A stretch of 64,000 bases of DNA from Promethearchaeota archaeon (lineage in GTDB: Archaea > Asgardarchaeota > Lokiarchaeia > Sigyniarchaeales > SOKP01). The translations under genes were made by a program, and so were the position numbers. Under the pieces are notes generated by a model, which was not told the origin of the DNA, made no database searches, and saw nothing but the letters and a program-made list of their open reading frames with translations. The stretch covers positions 84,517-148,516 of the forward strand of contig JAEOTA010000088.1 of NCBI GenBank assembly GCA_016840085.1, written 5' to 3'. This document shows, one piece after another, positions 41,426-50,956 of the stretch (its first letter is position 1; every line of letters starts with the position of its first letter).

Positions 41426-42682
41426 ATGGAAGAAAAAGATTTAACCATAAAAAGAGAAGGTCTAGCAAATTTTTATATTCATACTATTGATAATAGTTTA
41501 ATCCCGTCAAAGGCTATGAATGTCTTTTATAACAAAAAGATGGTAATTAATCGTGATATCACTAATCTCGCGATAAATGCTTATAATGAATTATATAATC
41601 CGGATTCAATTATAATCGTAGACTCTATGGCAGCATCTGGAATAGGATCGATAAGACTTCTAAAAGAGTGTAAAAATATAAAAAAAATATATATTAACGA
41701 TATAAATCCTACAGCTGTTGAATTAATTGAAAAGAATATCAAGTTAAATAAATTGGATAATACGAAAATTCAGATTGAAATTTCAAGAAAAGATGCTAAT
41801 TTTCTCTTCTCTGAAATTGCTCAAGTTAACTTTTTTAATTTAAATAAAAAAATTGAAAAACCAGATGTCATTATTATTGATCCTTTTGGAACTCCAAATC
41901 ATTATATCCACTCTGCTTTTAAAGCAATAAAAAAAGTAAATGGTTTATTATGTATTACAGCTACAGATACTACCGTATTGTTTGGAATTAAACCAAAAGC
42001 ATGTTTACGAAAATATATGTCAAAACCTCTTCATAACGAGTATTGTAAAGAAATTGGAGCGAGAATTCTACTTTATTTTATATCACGAATGGCAAATATA
42101 AACAATTTAGGAATCCATCCTATACTGACTTTTTATTCAAACCATTTTATTAGGGTATTTGCTCTAACTTTTAAAAAAAAAGAAAGAATTGTAAAATATA
42201 TTAGAAAATATGGTTATATAATTCATTGCCGAAAATGTGGATTTAGAACTATCTCAAAAAATACATTTTTCGATATTTCACAAAAATGTCCTCAATGTAA
42301 TTTTAAACAGGGTTTGGATTATGCAGGACCATTATGGCTTGGAAAACTTCACGATATTAAATTCGTAGAAGATCTTATTATTTCAAATAATATTTTTAAA
42401 TTTGAAATGAAAAAAAGAATAAATAAACTCTTAAATTTAGCTTTAAGCGAAAATCTAATGCCGATATCTTATTATAATATTCATAGACTTAGTGAAGAAA
42501 TAAAGCTACCTTTTATTCCAAAAGTAGAATCAATAATCAAAAAAATTAAGGAGAGAGGTTATAAAGTTTCAAGAACTCATTTTGATTTTTTATCAATTAA
42601 AACTAATATGGAAATTGAATTAATAAAGAATATATTATTAGATTTACAAAAAAAAAGAAATTTGAATAAGAGTGTCAGATAA
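41426..42682 (+). CDS. trm1: tRNA (guanine-26-N2)-dimethyltransferase
   Basis: VFYN..M..NRD, AASGIGSIR, IDPFGTP, LCITATD, GPLWLG, SRTHF. Confidence 0.92.
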   Translation: MEEKDLTIKREGLANFYIHTIDNSLIPSKAMNVFYNKKMVINRDITNLAINAYNELYNPDSIIIVDSMAASGIGSIRLLKECKNIKKIYINDINPTAVELIEKNIKLNKLDNTKIQIEISRKDANFLFSEIAQVNFFNLNKKIEKPDVIIIDPFGTPNHYIHSAFKAIKKVNGLLCITATDTTVLFGIKPKACLRKYMSKPLHNEYCKEIGARILLYFISRMANINNLGIHPILTFYSNHFIRVFALTFKKKERIVKYIRKYGYIIHCRKCGFRTISKNTFFDISQKCPQCNFKQGLDYAGPLWLGKLHDIKFVEDLIISNNIFKFEMKKRINKLLNLALSENLMPISYYNIHRLSEEIKLPFIPKVESIIKKIKERGYKVSRTHFDFLSIKTNMEIELIKNILLDLQKKRNLNKSVR

Positions 42683-43307
42683 TCACCACTTTCATAAAAA
42701 AGAAGCATATTATAAACGGGCTAAAAATAATGGATATCGAGCAAGATCAGCTTATAAATTATTAGATATTCAAAAGAGATATAATATTTTCAAAAGAGCA
42801 TTTTGTATTTTAGATTTAGGTTCTGCTCCGGGCTCCTGGCTCCAGGTTGCAAAAAAAATTGCGGAAGATAATTTAGAAAAATATAAGGATCAATATTACC
42901 ATCGAGAAGATTATAAAATTATGGGTGTTGATATTAAATCCATAACTCCTGTTGAAAATGTAAAAATAATAAAAATGGATTTTACTAAACCTGAGTTTAA
43001 TAATGAAATCGAATCCTTTTTTCAAGATAAATTGGATTTAATCTTATCTGATGCCTCAATATCTAAAATTGGGAATAAATTTACCGATCAATTAAGACAG
43101 ATTAATCTTTGTTATGATATTCTTACTTTAGTCCAAAAATATTTAAAATATAAGGGTAATTTAGTAATGAAAGCTTTTCAAGGATCTGATTTTGATAAAT
43201 TAACCAAAAATATAAAAACAGAATTCAAAATATTAAAAATTCTTAAGCCTCAATCTTCTAAAAAGAAAAGTAATGAAATCTATCTTATAGGTTTGCAAAA
43301 AAAATAA
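42672..43307 (+). CDS. rlmE: 23S rRNA Um2552 methyltransferase (RlmE/FtsJ)
   Basis: YRARSAYKL, LDLGSAPGSWLQV, ILSD, KAFQG, KP.SS...S.EIY. Confidence 0.92.
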   Translation: MSDNHHFHKKEAYYKRAKNNGYRARSAYKLLDIQKRYNIFKRAFCILDLGSAPGSWLQVAKKIAEDNLEKYKDQYYHREDYKIMGVDIKSITPVENVKIIKMDFTKPEFNNEIESFFQDKLDLILSDASISKIGNKFTDQLRQINLCYDILTLVQKYLKYKGNLVMKAFQGSDFDKLTKNIKTEFKILKILKPQSSKKKSNEIYLIGLQKK

Positions 43308-43919
43308 TTAAATATCTCGCAGACTCGATTCAATTTCATCAAAATTAATAACATATTCTTTTCCTTTAGAAGTCAACTCAATCCATTCTGTTAACCAAGA
43401 ACAGTGAAGAGGATTAAATTGATCTAAATTAGTATCATTACATTTATCTCGAAAAGGACAAATGAAACAGGGTTGTCTAGAAAACATATTCCAAATGAAA
43501 TCCTTTCTTTTTTTATCAATTGTAATCTGTTTGACATCTGTATCAATATCTTCAAGAGAATAAATATGTTTTGTCCAAGAAGCATCAACTAACTCCCTCC
43601 TAAGTTTAATTTTTGATTGTAAAGCTAAGATTTCTACTATTTCCTCTAAATCATTCCGTTTTTTATCACTAAGTTTTAAAAGATCATTAAAATACAGGTC
43701 CTTTTCTCGATTTATAATATCAAGGATTATTTTCTCATCTTTTCGTAATGTGCGAACAAATTCTTTTTTCTTTTCTTCTATTCTTTCAATTCTTCTTTCA
43801 ATATCAGATTTTTCATCTAAAGGACCTTCAACACGCTCTTTTATTTTGCATTTATGACGAGATAAATACGCAAAACTTTTCCCACAATAAGGACATATTT
43901 CCTTTTTCTTTTTTGCCAT
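43308..43919 (-). CDS. Rpc34/TFEbeta-like protein (winged helix + Fe-S motif) with N-terminal zinc finger
   Basis: C-terminal PCFICP...C...NPLHCSWLTEW matches the Rpc34 Fe-S motif; N-terminal CPYC..F..L..H.C. Confidence 0.75.
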   Translation of the reverse strand: MAKKKKEICPYCGKSFAYLSRHKCKIKERVEGPLDEKSDIERRIERIEEKKKEFVRTLRKDEKIILDIINREKDLYFNDLLKLSDKKRNDLEEIVEILALQSKIKLRRELVDASWTKHIYSLEDIDTDVKQITIDKKRKDFIWNMFSRQPCFICPFRDKCNDTNLDQFNPLHCSWLTEWIELTSKGKEYVINFDEIESSLRDI

Positions 43920-44114
43920 GATAGTAGGATTTTAGTATTTTTTTTGATAATAAGCTAATAAAGAATTTAAAATTCAAGTTGTTTAATATTAATTCTTATG
44001 ATTATTTAAAAATTAAATTTTTGTTTTCAGTAAACTATTTTTATAATTTGTTCTATACTTTTTAATTATTAATTTCAAATTATTTTTAAATAGAAAGGTT
44101 ATTAATAGTTAATA

Positions 44115-44933
44115 ATGAATCTTCATGAAATTTTAGAAATTAAGCAGCAGCAGATACTAAATCCGCATACTATAATAAATAAATTCCATAAAGAAAAAAA
44201 TAGAAAAATAGTTTTACCTCTGGGCTCAAATAGTTTTGATGAAATTTTAGGAGGAGGATTCTTGTCCGGTAAAAAATATTTGATCTTCGGCGCAAATAAG
44301 ACTGGTAAAACACAATTATGTCATCAATTATGTGTTCAAGCGTATAAAATACTCTCGGTAAAATCAAATAGAGACAATTTGATACAAATATATTACTTTG
44401 ATACAGAAAATACATTTCGACCTGAAAGAATAAATGATTTAGCATCTTCTTCCAATCTTAAATATGAAAAGGTATTAAAAAGTATAATAGTAGCTAAAAT
44501 CATGAGTAGTTCTGCTTTGCTACTTTCTTTGAAAGATTTTGTAGAAAACCTTAAAAAAAATCTAGTTAGTGTCTTAATTATCGATACAATCAATAATTAT
44601 TATCGATCTGATTTAAGCAACAATAACATTTCTTATAAAAAAACTAAAGAAGTTTTTTTAGATATCTTAGAAAATATTGATAAACTTACTGAAAAATATA
44701 ATTTAATTACTATTGCTACAGCACAGGTTGCTCCAAACTTTACTGAAAATGCTATTATTAGAGAATTGCCAGTTGGAAACCAATTTTTAAATCATTTTTT
44801 TTCAGACTATATTTATTTAAGCTATAAAAATGAAAAAAAATCTTTAATTCAAATGATTAACTCATTGGGACTTTCTGAAAAAAAATACATTTTCAAAATT
44901 ACATCTGCTGGAATTCAAGATTGCAAAATATAG
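44115..44933 (+). CDS. RadA/Rad51 paralogue (no N-terminal HhH domain)
   Basis: FDEILGGG, GANKTGKTQLCHQLCV, DTENTFRPER, LIIDT, TAQV. Confidence 0.85.
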   Translation: MNLHEILEIKQQQILNPHTIINKFHKEKNRKIVLPLGSNSFDEILGGGFLSGKKYLIFGANKTGKTQLCHQLCVQAYKILSVKSNRDNLIQIYYFDTENTFRPERINDLASSSNLKYEKVLKSIIVAKIMSSSALLLSLKDFVENLKKNLVSVLIIDTINNYYRSDLSNNNISYKKTKEVFLDILENIDKLTEKYNLITIATAQVAPNFTENAIIRELPVGNQFLNHFFSDYIYLSYKNEKKSLIQMINSLGLSEKKYIFKITSAGIQDCKI

Positions 44934-44940
44934 ATATCTC

Positions 44941-45774
44941 CTATTTTATGATATCTATAAAATCTCTAATAGAGAGATAAGTAAATCTTTCAGATATCGA
45001 GCTTGAATTTACAAAATAAATCTCGTTATGCATTTTGTATTTTAGCCATTTGATTAATTCTACAGCGTATTGAAGTTTTTTTTGTTTTATTGGACTTCCT
45101 TCTTGATCAATAATAAAGTTTAATTTTGAATATTTTCCAATGATATTTTTGAAATCCATTCCAATTAGAAATAGTTTTTGCATTGGCTTTAATAAAGGAC
45201 GTAGGAAATAAAGAATTCTATCTCCATCTGTAAAACCACCAGGGTTAATAATATTATTGGATGGTTCAACTTGCGTTGTTCCAATAATGTTTTTAAACTT
45301 TAAGATTTCAGGTTTAAATAATTCTAGTTTATCTAGATTATCTCCATGTGCATGGATTATCATGAAATCAGTAGAATTAAATTCTTTAAAAGTAATTCCA
45401 TCAAGATCTGAAAAAATACTATTTATTGGTATCCCCCTCTCTCTTAATAATATAGCAGCACCATCTGCAGTAAAGTTTAAGCACTCGCTAAATAGTCCTT
45501 TACCAATATTTTTTAATAAAATATCTACAGTAGATTCAAGGGAAGGACCACAACCATATATTAAAATATTAGATTTACTTCTAATCATAGTTTGGAAATC
45601 ATTTAATATTACTTCTAGATTATATTTATTTACTTTTTTTTGTAATAAATTTGATAAATAATCACGAGATTCAGAATCCTTTTGGTAATCAAAACCAAAA
45701 TCAGATGAAATCTTATAATACCACTCTTTAAATTCACTATAAAAATTTAGACGGGCTATTAATTTCGAATCCAT
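44941..45774 (-). CDS. mptE: 6-hydroxymethyl-7,8-dihydropterin pyrophosphokinase (MptE/DUF115)
   Basis: GCGPSL, TADGA, SDLDG, HAHGDN, GTTQ, GGFTDGDR, GMDF. Confidence 0.88.
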   Translation of the reverse strand: MDSKLIARLNFYSEFKEWYYKISSDFGFDYQKDSESRDYLSNLLQKKVNKYNLEVILNDFQTMIRSKSNILIYGCGPSLESTVDILLKNIGKGLFSECLNFTADGAAILLRERGIPINSIFSDLDGITFKEFNSTDFMIIHAHGDNLDKLELFKPEILKFKNIIGTTQVEPSNNIINPGGFTDGDRILYFLRPLLKPMQKLFLIGMDFKNIIGKYSKLNFIIDQEGSPIKQKKLQYAVELIKWLKYKMHNEIYFVNSSSISERFTYLSIRDFIDIIK

Positions 45775-45892
45775 GTTTTCTTAAAATTCCACATAATTAA
45801 CTTAATAATAAAATTTTAAATTATTATTTTAATTAATAAAAACATAATAATAAATTCAAATTAATTTAAATTCATATATGAATTAAGAAAGA

Positions 45893-46300
45893 GTGGAAAA
45901 TATAATGACTAAATACTTCACAAAGACGCATCAATGGTTTGATGATGGAACAAAAGAGGTGGGAATTACTCCTTTTGCCGCTGAGCAACTTGGAGAGATA
46001 AGTTTTGTGGATGTAGAAGGACTTATCGATGCTGAGCTTGAACAAATAAAAATGTCTGGAGATGAACCTGCAAGTGATCCTATTGATTGTACTGTAGAAT
46101 CCTCAAAAGCAGTTGGAGATGTTTATTCTCCAGTTTCTGGAAAAGTTATTGAGGTTAATGAAGATTTGATGGATGAACCTGAAAAAATTAATGAAGATGC
46201 CTTTGCTGCGTGGCTTTTCAAGATCGAACCATCAAATTGGGATGCTGAAAAAGGAAACTTAATGGATGAATCTGCTTATAAAGCTTTTGCTGGGGAATAA
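45893..46300 (+). CDS. gcvH: Glycine cleavage H / lipoyl carrier protein (probable start ATG 45905)
   Basis: VGITPFAAEQLG, VESSKAVGDVYSPVSG, VNEDL..PE.IN. Confidence 0.92.
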   Translation: MENIMTKYFTKTHQWFDDGTKEVGITPFAAEQLGEISFVDVEGLIDAELEQIKMSGDEPASDPIDCTVESSKAVGDVYSPVSGKVIEVNEDLMDEPEKINEDAFAAWLFKIEPSNWDAEKGNLMDESAYKAFAGE

Positions 46301-46358
46301 ATAATTCTTTAATTTTATTAATTTACACAATTTTTTCTTTTTTTTATTAATTAATTCA

Positions 46359-47513
46359 TTGAATCGTATGAAACAATCCAATAAATTCACCATAGGCTTA
46401 ATAATAAATCCTATCTCTGGGATGGGAGGAACAGTAGGTTTAAAAGGTACTGATGGTAGAGAAATTCTAAAAAAAGCAATAAATTTAGGAGCGATCCCAA
46501 AAGCAAATAATAGAACTATGGAATTTTTAAATGGATTAGAATCAATAAAACATGAATTGCTCTTTATAACCTGTCCAGGGATTATGGGTGAAAATATTCT
46601 AAAAGAATTGAATTACAATTATGAAACCATTCAAGATTCAATATTTGAAAAATGTAATAATATTTTAGACACAACCCCTGAACATACTGCGTTAGCAGCT
46701 CAGATTATGATGAAAAGCGAAAATGTACAAATTATAATCTTTGTTGGTGGCGATGGTACAGCTCGGGATGTTTTAAATGTAATTAAGAGAAGTAAACCAT
46801 GTTTAGGGATACCTGCTGGTGTTAAAATCTATTCTAGTGTATTTGCACTTAATCCTATAGACGCGAGTAACCTACTTATACAATTTCTCTGGGATGAGAT
46901 CCCCTTGAAAGAATCTGAGGTACTTGATGTTGATGAAGAGCAATATCGAGCAGGGCAGTTAGTTTCTAAATTATATGGGTATTTATACACACCCTTTAAT
47001 CCTGATTTTTGTCAATTTTCTAAAATGGGGACACCAAAATCAGACCTAAATAATCAAGAACGAATAGCTAACAGAATTATAGAGATTTTAGAAGATGATG
47101 TCTATTATTTATTAGGACCTGGCACTACTGTTAAATTCATTGTTGACAAATTAAATCAAAATAAAACGCTTTTGGGAATTGATCTGCTCTTGAATAAAAA
47201 TATTATATCTAAAGATTTAAATGAACAACAGATTCTTGAGTATGTTAAAGCTGAGAAAGTAAAAATAATAATATCTATAATTGGGAGACAAGGATTCATC
47301 TTTGGAAGAGGAAATCTACAAATTTCTCCTAATGTTTTAAAAGAAGTTGGTTGTAAAAACATGATAATAGTTGCTACAAAATTTAAATTACAGAGCATCC
47401 ATAATAGAATATTAAAATTAGACACAAGAGATCCTGAATTAGACAAAAAAATGAAAGGTTTATATAAAGTAATTATTGATTATGATGAGATAAAAATTTG
47501 TGAAGTAAGATAA
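46359..47513 (+). CDS. ATP-NAD kinase family protein
   Basis: IINPISGMGGTVGLKGTDG, GGDGTARD, GIPAGVKIYS, GRGNLQIS. Confidence 0.85.
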   Translation: MNRMKQSNKFTIGLIINPISGMGGTVGLKGTDGREILKKAINLGAIPKANNRTMEFLNGLESIKHELLFITCPGIMGENILKELNYNYETIQDSIFEKCNNILDTTPEHTALAAQIMMKSENVQIIIFVGGDGTARDVLNVIKRSKPCLGIPAGVKIYSSVFALNPIDASNLLIQFLWDEIPLKESEVLDVDEEQYRAGQLVSKLYGYLYTPFNPDFCQFSKMGTPKSDLNNQERIANRIIEILEDDVYYLLGPGTTVKFIVDKLNQNKTLLGIDLLLNKNIISKDLNEQQILEYVKAEKVKIIISIIGRQGFIFGRGNLQISPNVLKEVGCKNMIIVATKFKLQSIHNRILKLDTRDPELDKKMKGLYKVIIDYDEIKICEVR

Positions 47514-47531
47514 ATGATTATTTTTATATTC

Positions 47532-48053
47532 TCATTGTTGTAAAATTCCTGATTTAATAGCTAAAATATACTGAAGTGCGATAAAAGTGATAACTGTCAT
47601 TAAAACTCCGATTACTAAAATATATATTGCCATTTTTCGATTATAAACATATTTTGACGCTTGGTATAATAATATGAATCCAGTTGAACATAAAAATATC
47701 AAAATTGAAGCTACAATACCTTCAATGATAAAAGATTCATGAATATCGGGATAAATAAACATAGGATTTCCTTGGCTGTCCGCTCCTAGTGCTGGGGGCT
47801 CTCTAACTATAAAATAAGCTACTCCCGTTTGAAGTACAAATAAGATTATGAAAATAACAATAATACTCAAAGATCGTGCTGGCATTGGAAGTGATAATTT
47901 AGGAATTTTAAATTTTGGAAATTTTATTTTGGGTTTTCTTAACTTACTTCCAAGTATCCACGGAGTCTTTCTTCTAATTTTTTCTAAGACAGTCTCTGAT
48001 CCAATTATTTCTTCTTTCTTAATCTCATCTTTAGCTGCTTGCTGTTTTTGCAT
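47532..48053 (-). CDS. OSTC/DC2 (OST3/OST6-family)-like oligosaccharyltransferase subunit
   Basis: TGVAYFIVREPPALG...FIIEGIVASILIFLCSTGFILL aligns by eye with eukaryotic OSTC (GGIIYDVIVEPPSVG...YIMEGLASSFLF..GG.GFIIL); three TM. Confidence 0.75.
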   Translation of the reverse strand: MQKQQAAKDEIKKEEIIGSETVLEKIRRKTPWILGSKLRKPKIKFPKFKIPKLSLPMPARSLSIIVIFIILFVLQTGVAYFIVREPPALGADSQGNPMFIYPDIHESFIIEGIVASILIFLCSTGFILLYQASKYVYNRKMAIYILVIGVLMTVITFIALQYILAIKSGILQQ

Positions 48054-48125
48054 AATATACTATAGTTAATTTATTAATTAATGCTTAATAATTTTTTCAA
48101 ATAACTTTAAACAATTTTTGATATT

Positions 48126-49619
48126 TTAATTTAATTTTTCTAATAATTTTAATAAAAAATTCCAAATTTTTTCTACAGATTTTACTGATAAACGTTCATC
48201 AGGCGAATGAGCTCCTTCATTTTTTGGACCAATTGATATCATTTCCATATGAGGAAATTTTTTCTTTAAGATGCCACATTCTAGTCCCGCATGAAGCGCT
48301 TTCACAAGTATGTCTTTATTAAATAATTCTTTATAATTATCTTTAGTAAATGTTAAAAGGTTTGAGTTAAAATTTGGTGTCCATCCTGGATAATCACTAT
48401 CAATTATAGTTTCAACATCTAAACCAGTTAATTGAACTAAAGAATTAGCCTTCTCCCATATCACATTTTTGAAATATTCACTTAAGCTTCTTTGACTTAA
48501 TTGTATTTCAATCTTATCCTTTTCAGTTTTTATTACAGCCAAATTTGATGATGTAAAAACAAGATCCTTAATTTTTGGATGCATAGAAAGAGGACCGTTC
48601 GGAATTGTATACAAGATCTTAAGTAAGTTATCTTGAATTCTTTTTGTTAAAACCTCCTTATTATCATAATTTATTAATTTTTCAATTGATATATCGATTT
48701 CAGGGTCAATACCCTCAAAAAGAACCTTGATTTTCACAACTAGATCCCTAATAAATTCTTTAATATCTGAATATTCATCTTCCTTAGCAAAGAAAGTAGC
48801 ACTGGCTTCTCTAGGTATTGCATTAGTTCTATTACCCCCATCAATAGAGGCAATATTCATCATATAATTTTCGTTTAATTTCCAAAGTATTTGTCCTATA
48901 ATTTTTAATGAATTTCCCCTTCCTATATGAATGTCCACTCCTGAATGCCCTCCAATTAAACCAGAAATAAATAATTTTATTGGAATTAGGTTTTCTTTAT
49001 TATTTATTTTAAAAGTATCTTTTTTTATATGAAAAAAAGTGACTATCCCTCCTGCACAACCAATAATTACAGCATTTTCATCTTCAGCATCCAAGTTGAT
49101 AAGAAACTTACCATTGATTAAATCATTATCGATTTTAAAGGCCCCACGTAAACCCATTTCCTCATCAACAGTAAATAATAAATCAAATCCAAGTGATTCA
49201 TAATCAAGTTCTCCATCATGAATTTTTTTCATTAAGGCTAATAAATAACAAATACCCACTCCATTATCAGCACCCAATGTTGTTCCTTCTGCAGTTACCC
49301 ATTTTTCATTCTCAATTTCGATAATATTAATTTTTAATGGATCTTTAGAAAAATCGTGAATAACCTCTTCATTCTTTTCGCACACCATATCCATGTGACA
49401 TTGTAATACTACGTTTTGCTTTTTTTTAGATTTTGCGGGAATTCTGACTACAAGATTTCCTGCATTATCAACTTGAGTTTTAAATCCTAATTTCTCTGCT
49501 TCTTCTTTTATAAAAGCTCTCACTTTTTCTTCATGTTCAGAACACCGAGGGATTTCTGTAATTTGTTCAAAATATTCCCAAAATTCAAGAGGTTGGCTTA
49601 AATCTTTTAAATTTAACAA
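48126..49619 (-). CDS. pepD: Aminoacyl-histidine dipeptidase (M20C)
   Basis: LQCHMDMVCEK, TTLGADNG, TVDEEMG, GGHSG, HAGLECG, AHSPDE. Confidence 0.93.
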   Translation of the reverse strand: MLNLKDLSQPLEFWEYFEQITEIPRCSEHEEKVRAFIKEEAEKLGFKTQVDNAGNLVVRIPAKSKKKQNVVLQCHMDMVCEKNEEVIHDFSKDPLKINIIEIENEKWVTAEGTTLGADNGVGICYLLALMKKIHDGELDYESLGFDLLFTVDEEMGLRGAFKIDNDLINGKFLINLDAEDENAVIIGCAGGIVTFFHIKKDTFKINNKENLIPIKLFISGLIGGHSGVDIHIGRGNSLKIIGQILWKLNENYMMNIASIDGGNRTNAIPREASATFFAKEDEYSDIKEFIRDLVVKIKVLFEGIDPEIDISIEKLINYDNKEVLTKRIQDNLLKILYTIPNGPLSMHPKIKDLVFTSSNLAVIKTEKDKIEIQLSQRSLSEYFKNVIWEKANSLVQLTGLDVETIIDSDYPGWTPNFNSNLLTFTKDNYKELFNKDILVKALHAGLECGILKKKFPHMEMISIGPKNEGAHSPDERLSVKSVEKIWNFLLKLLEKLN

Positions 49620-49715
49620 AAAAATCGCTTCTAATCAAAATATATATATTAAAGTTTTTATAATAATTATAAAATAACACTAGATTCCTTATAATTTTAT
49701 TTAAAGGCTGATCAA

Positions 49716-50849
49716 ATGAGTTGGAAAGACCTTTATTCGGAAGTTAAGAAACGTAAAATGGAAGCACTTGATAAAAAGGATGTTGTGAAAGCAGTAGAGA
49801 AACATGGGAAAATTCTTGCTGTTAATGGAAGATATGAAAAGCCTAAAAAAGTTGTAGAACATATGTATGCATCTATGAAGAAAATAATAAGAGAAAAAGA
49901 GATTATGAAAGAAGATCTATCTCAATATGATGTAACTCTTATTGGATGCCCTGGTAGCGATATTCCCTATGCTGCTCATCCCAAAATAAAAGATTTTGTA
50001 AATAATGGTGGATGGTTAATAACTACTGATTGGGCGCTTCGAAGCATTGTAGAAATTATTTTTCCTGGATATATAAGATGGAATCATGCAAAAACTGCCG
50101 ATGCTGTTGTTGCATGCCAAATTCTTGAACCAAATCACCCGTTTTTAGAGGGGGTGTTAAGTGAAATTCAACAGAGTAAATGGCAAAAGCAATCAGATAA
50201 AGGCACAAAAAAAAGTGAATTTAGATGGTGGTTAGAAACTCGCTCATTTCCTATACAAGTTCTAAATCCTCAAGCTGTAAGGGTATTAATAAGCTCATTT
50301 GAAATCCAGAATAAATGGGGAGAATCTCCTGTACTTGTAGAATTTGAATATGGAAAAAATAGTGGTCGAATTATTCATATGATTAGTCATACTCATTTAC
50401 AGAAAGGCGGAACAAAAGGAAAATATGCCTCTGCTTTAATTCTAACTAATATAATAGACGAGAAAATATCTCAAAAAATGGGTATTTCAAAATCATCAAC
50501 ACCCAGATATGTTTCTGATTGGCAAACTTCTCAAATTCAACCACAACAACAAAATCAGCAACCTTCTTTAGAAGAAAAGTGGATATCTCCAGCTCAAGAA
50601 ACAAATTATTTAACACCTGCCACTGGAGCAAGAGGATTAATGGAAACGTCTCAAATCATAGAAGTAGATGTCAATAATCCTAATTTTTCATTCGCAAGTA
50701 AATGTGTATATTGCAGCTTCGATTTTGCTGAATATAAAGGAAAAATTTATGTATGTCAATCGTGTAATGCGCCTTACCATGAGAATTGCATTAATACTCA
50801 AATTAATGAAGGAACATGTAAGAATTGTGGTAGAATCTTGTTATGGTAA
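49716..50849 (+). CDS. Hypothetical protein: GATase-like alpha/beta domain, Q-rich linker, C-terminal RING/PHD-type zinc finger
   Basis: DFVNNGGWLITTDWA; C-terminal CVYC-x13-CQSC-x4-HENC-x9-CKNC. Confidence 0.6.
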   Translation: MSWKDLYSEVKKRKMEALDKKDVVKAVEKHGKILAVNGRYEKPKKVVEHMYASMKKIIREKEIMKEDLSQYDVTLIGCPGSDIPYAAHPKIKDFVNNGGWLITTDWALRSIVEIIFPGYIRWNHAKTADAVVACQILEPNHPFLEGVLSEIQQSKWQKQSDKGTKKSEFRWWLETRSFPIQVLNPQAVRVLISSFEIQNKWGESPVLVEFEYGKNSGRIIHMISHTHLQKGGTKGKYASALILTNIIDEKISQKMGISKSSTPRYVSDWQTSQIQPQQQNQQPSLEEKWISPAQETNYLTPATGARGLMETSQIIEVDVNNPNFSFASKCVYCSFDFAEYKGKIYVCQSCNAPYHENCINTQINEGTCKNCGRILLW

Positions 50850-50956
50850 ATAATATCTTTTTTTCAGTAAAATATTTTTACTTTGTTTAAAAGTAAATTT
50901 AAACTAGTGCTAATTTTCAATATTAATAATTAGGAATTTCTAAGTGAATAATTAAT

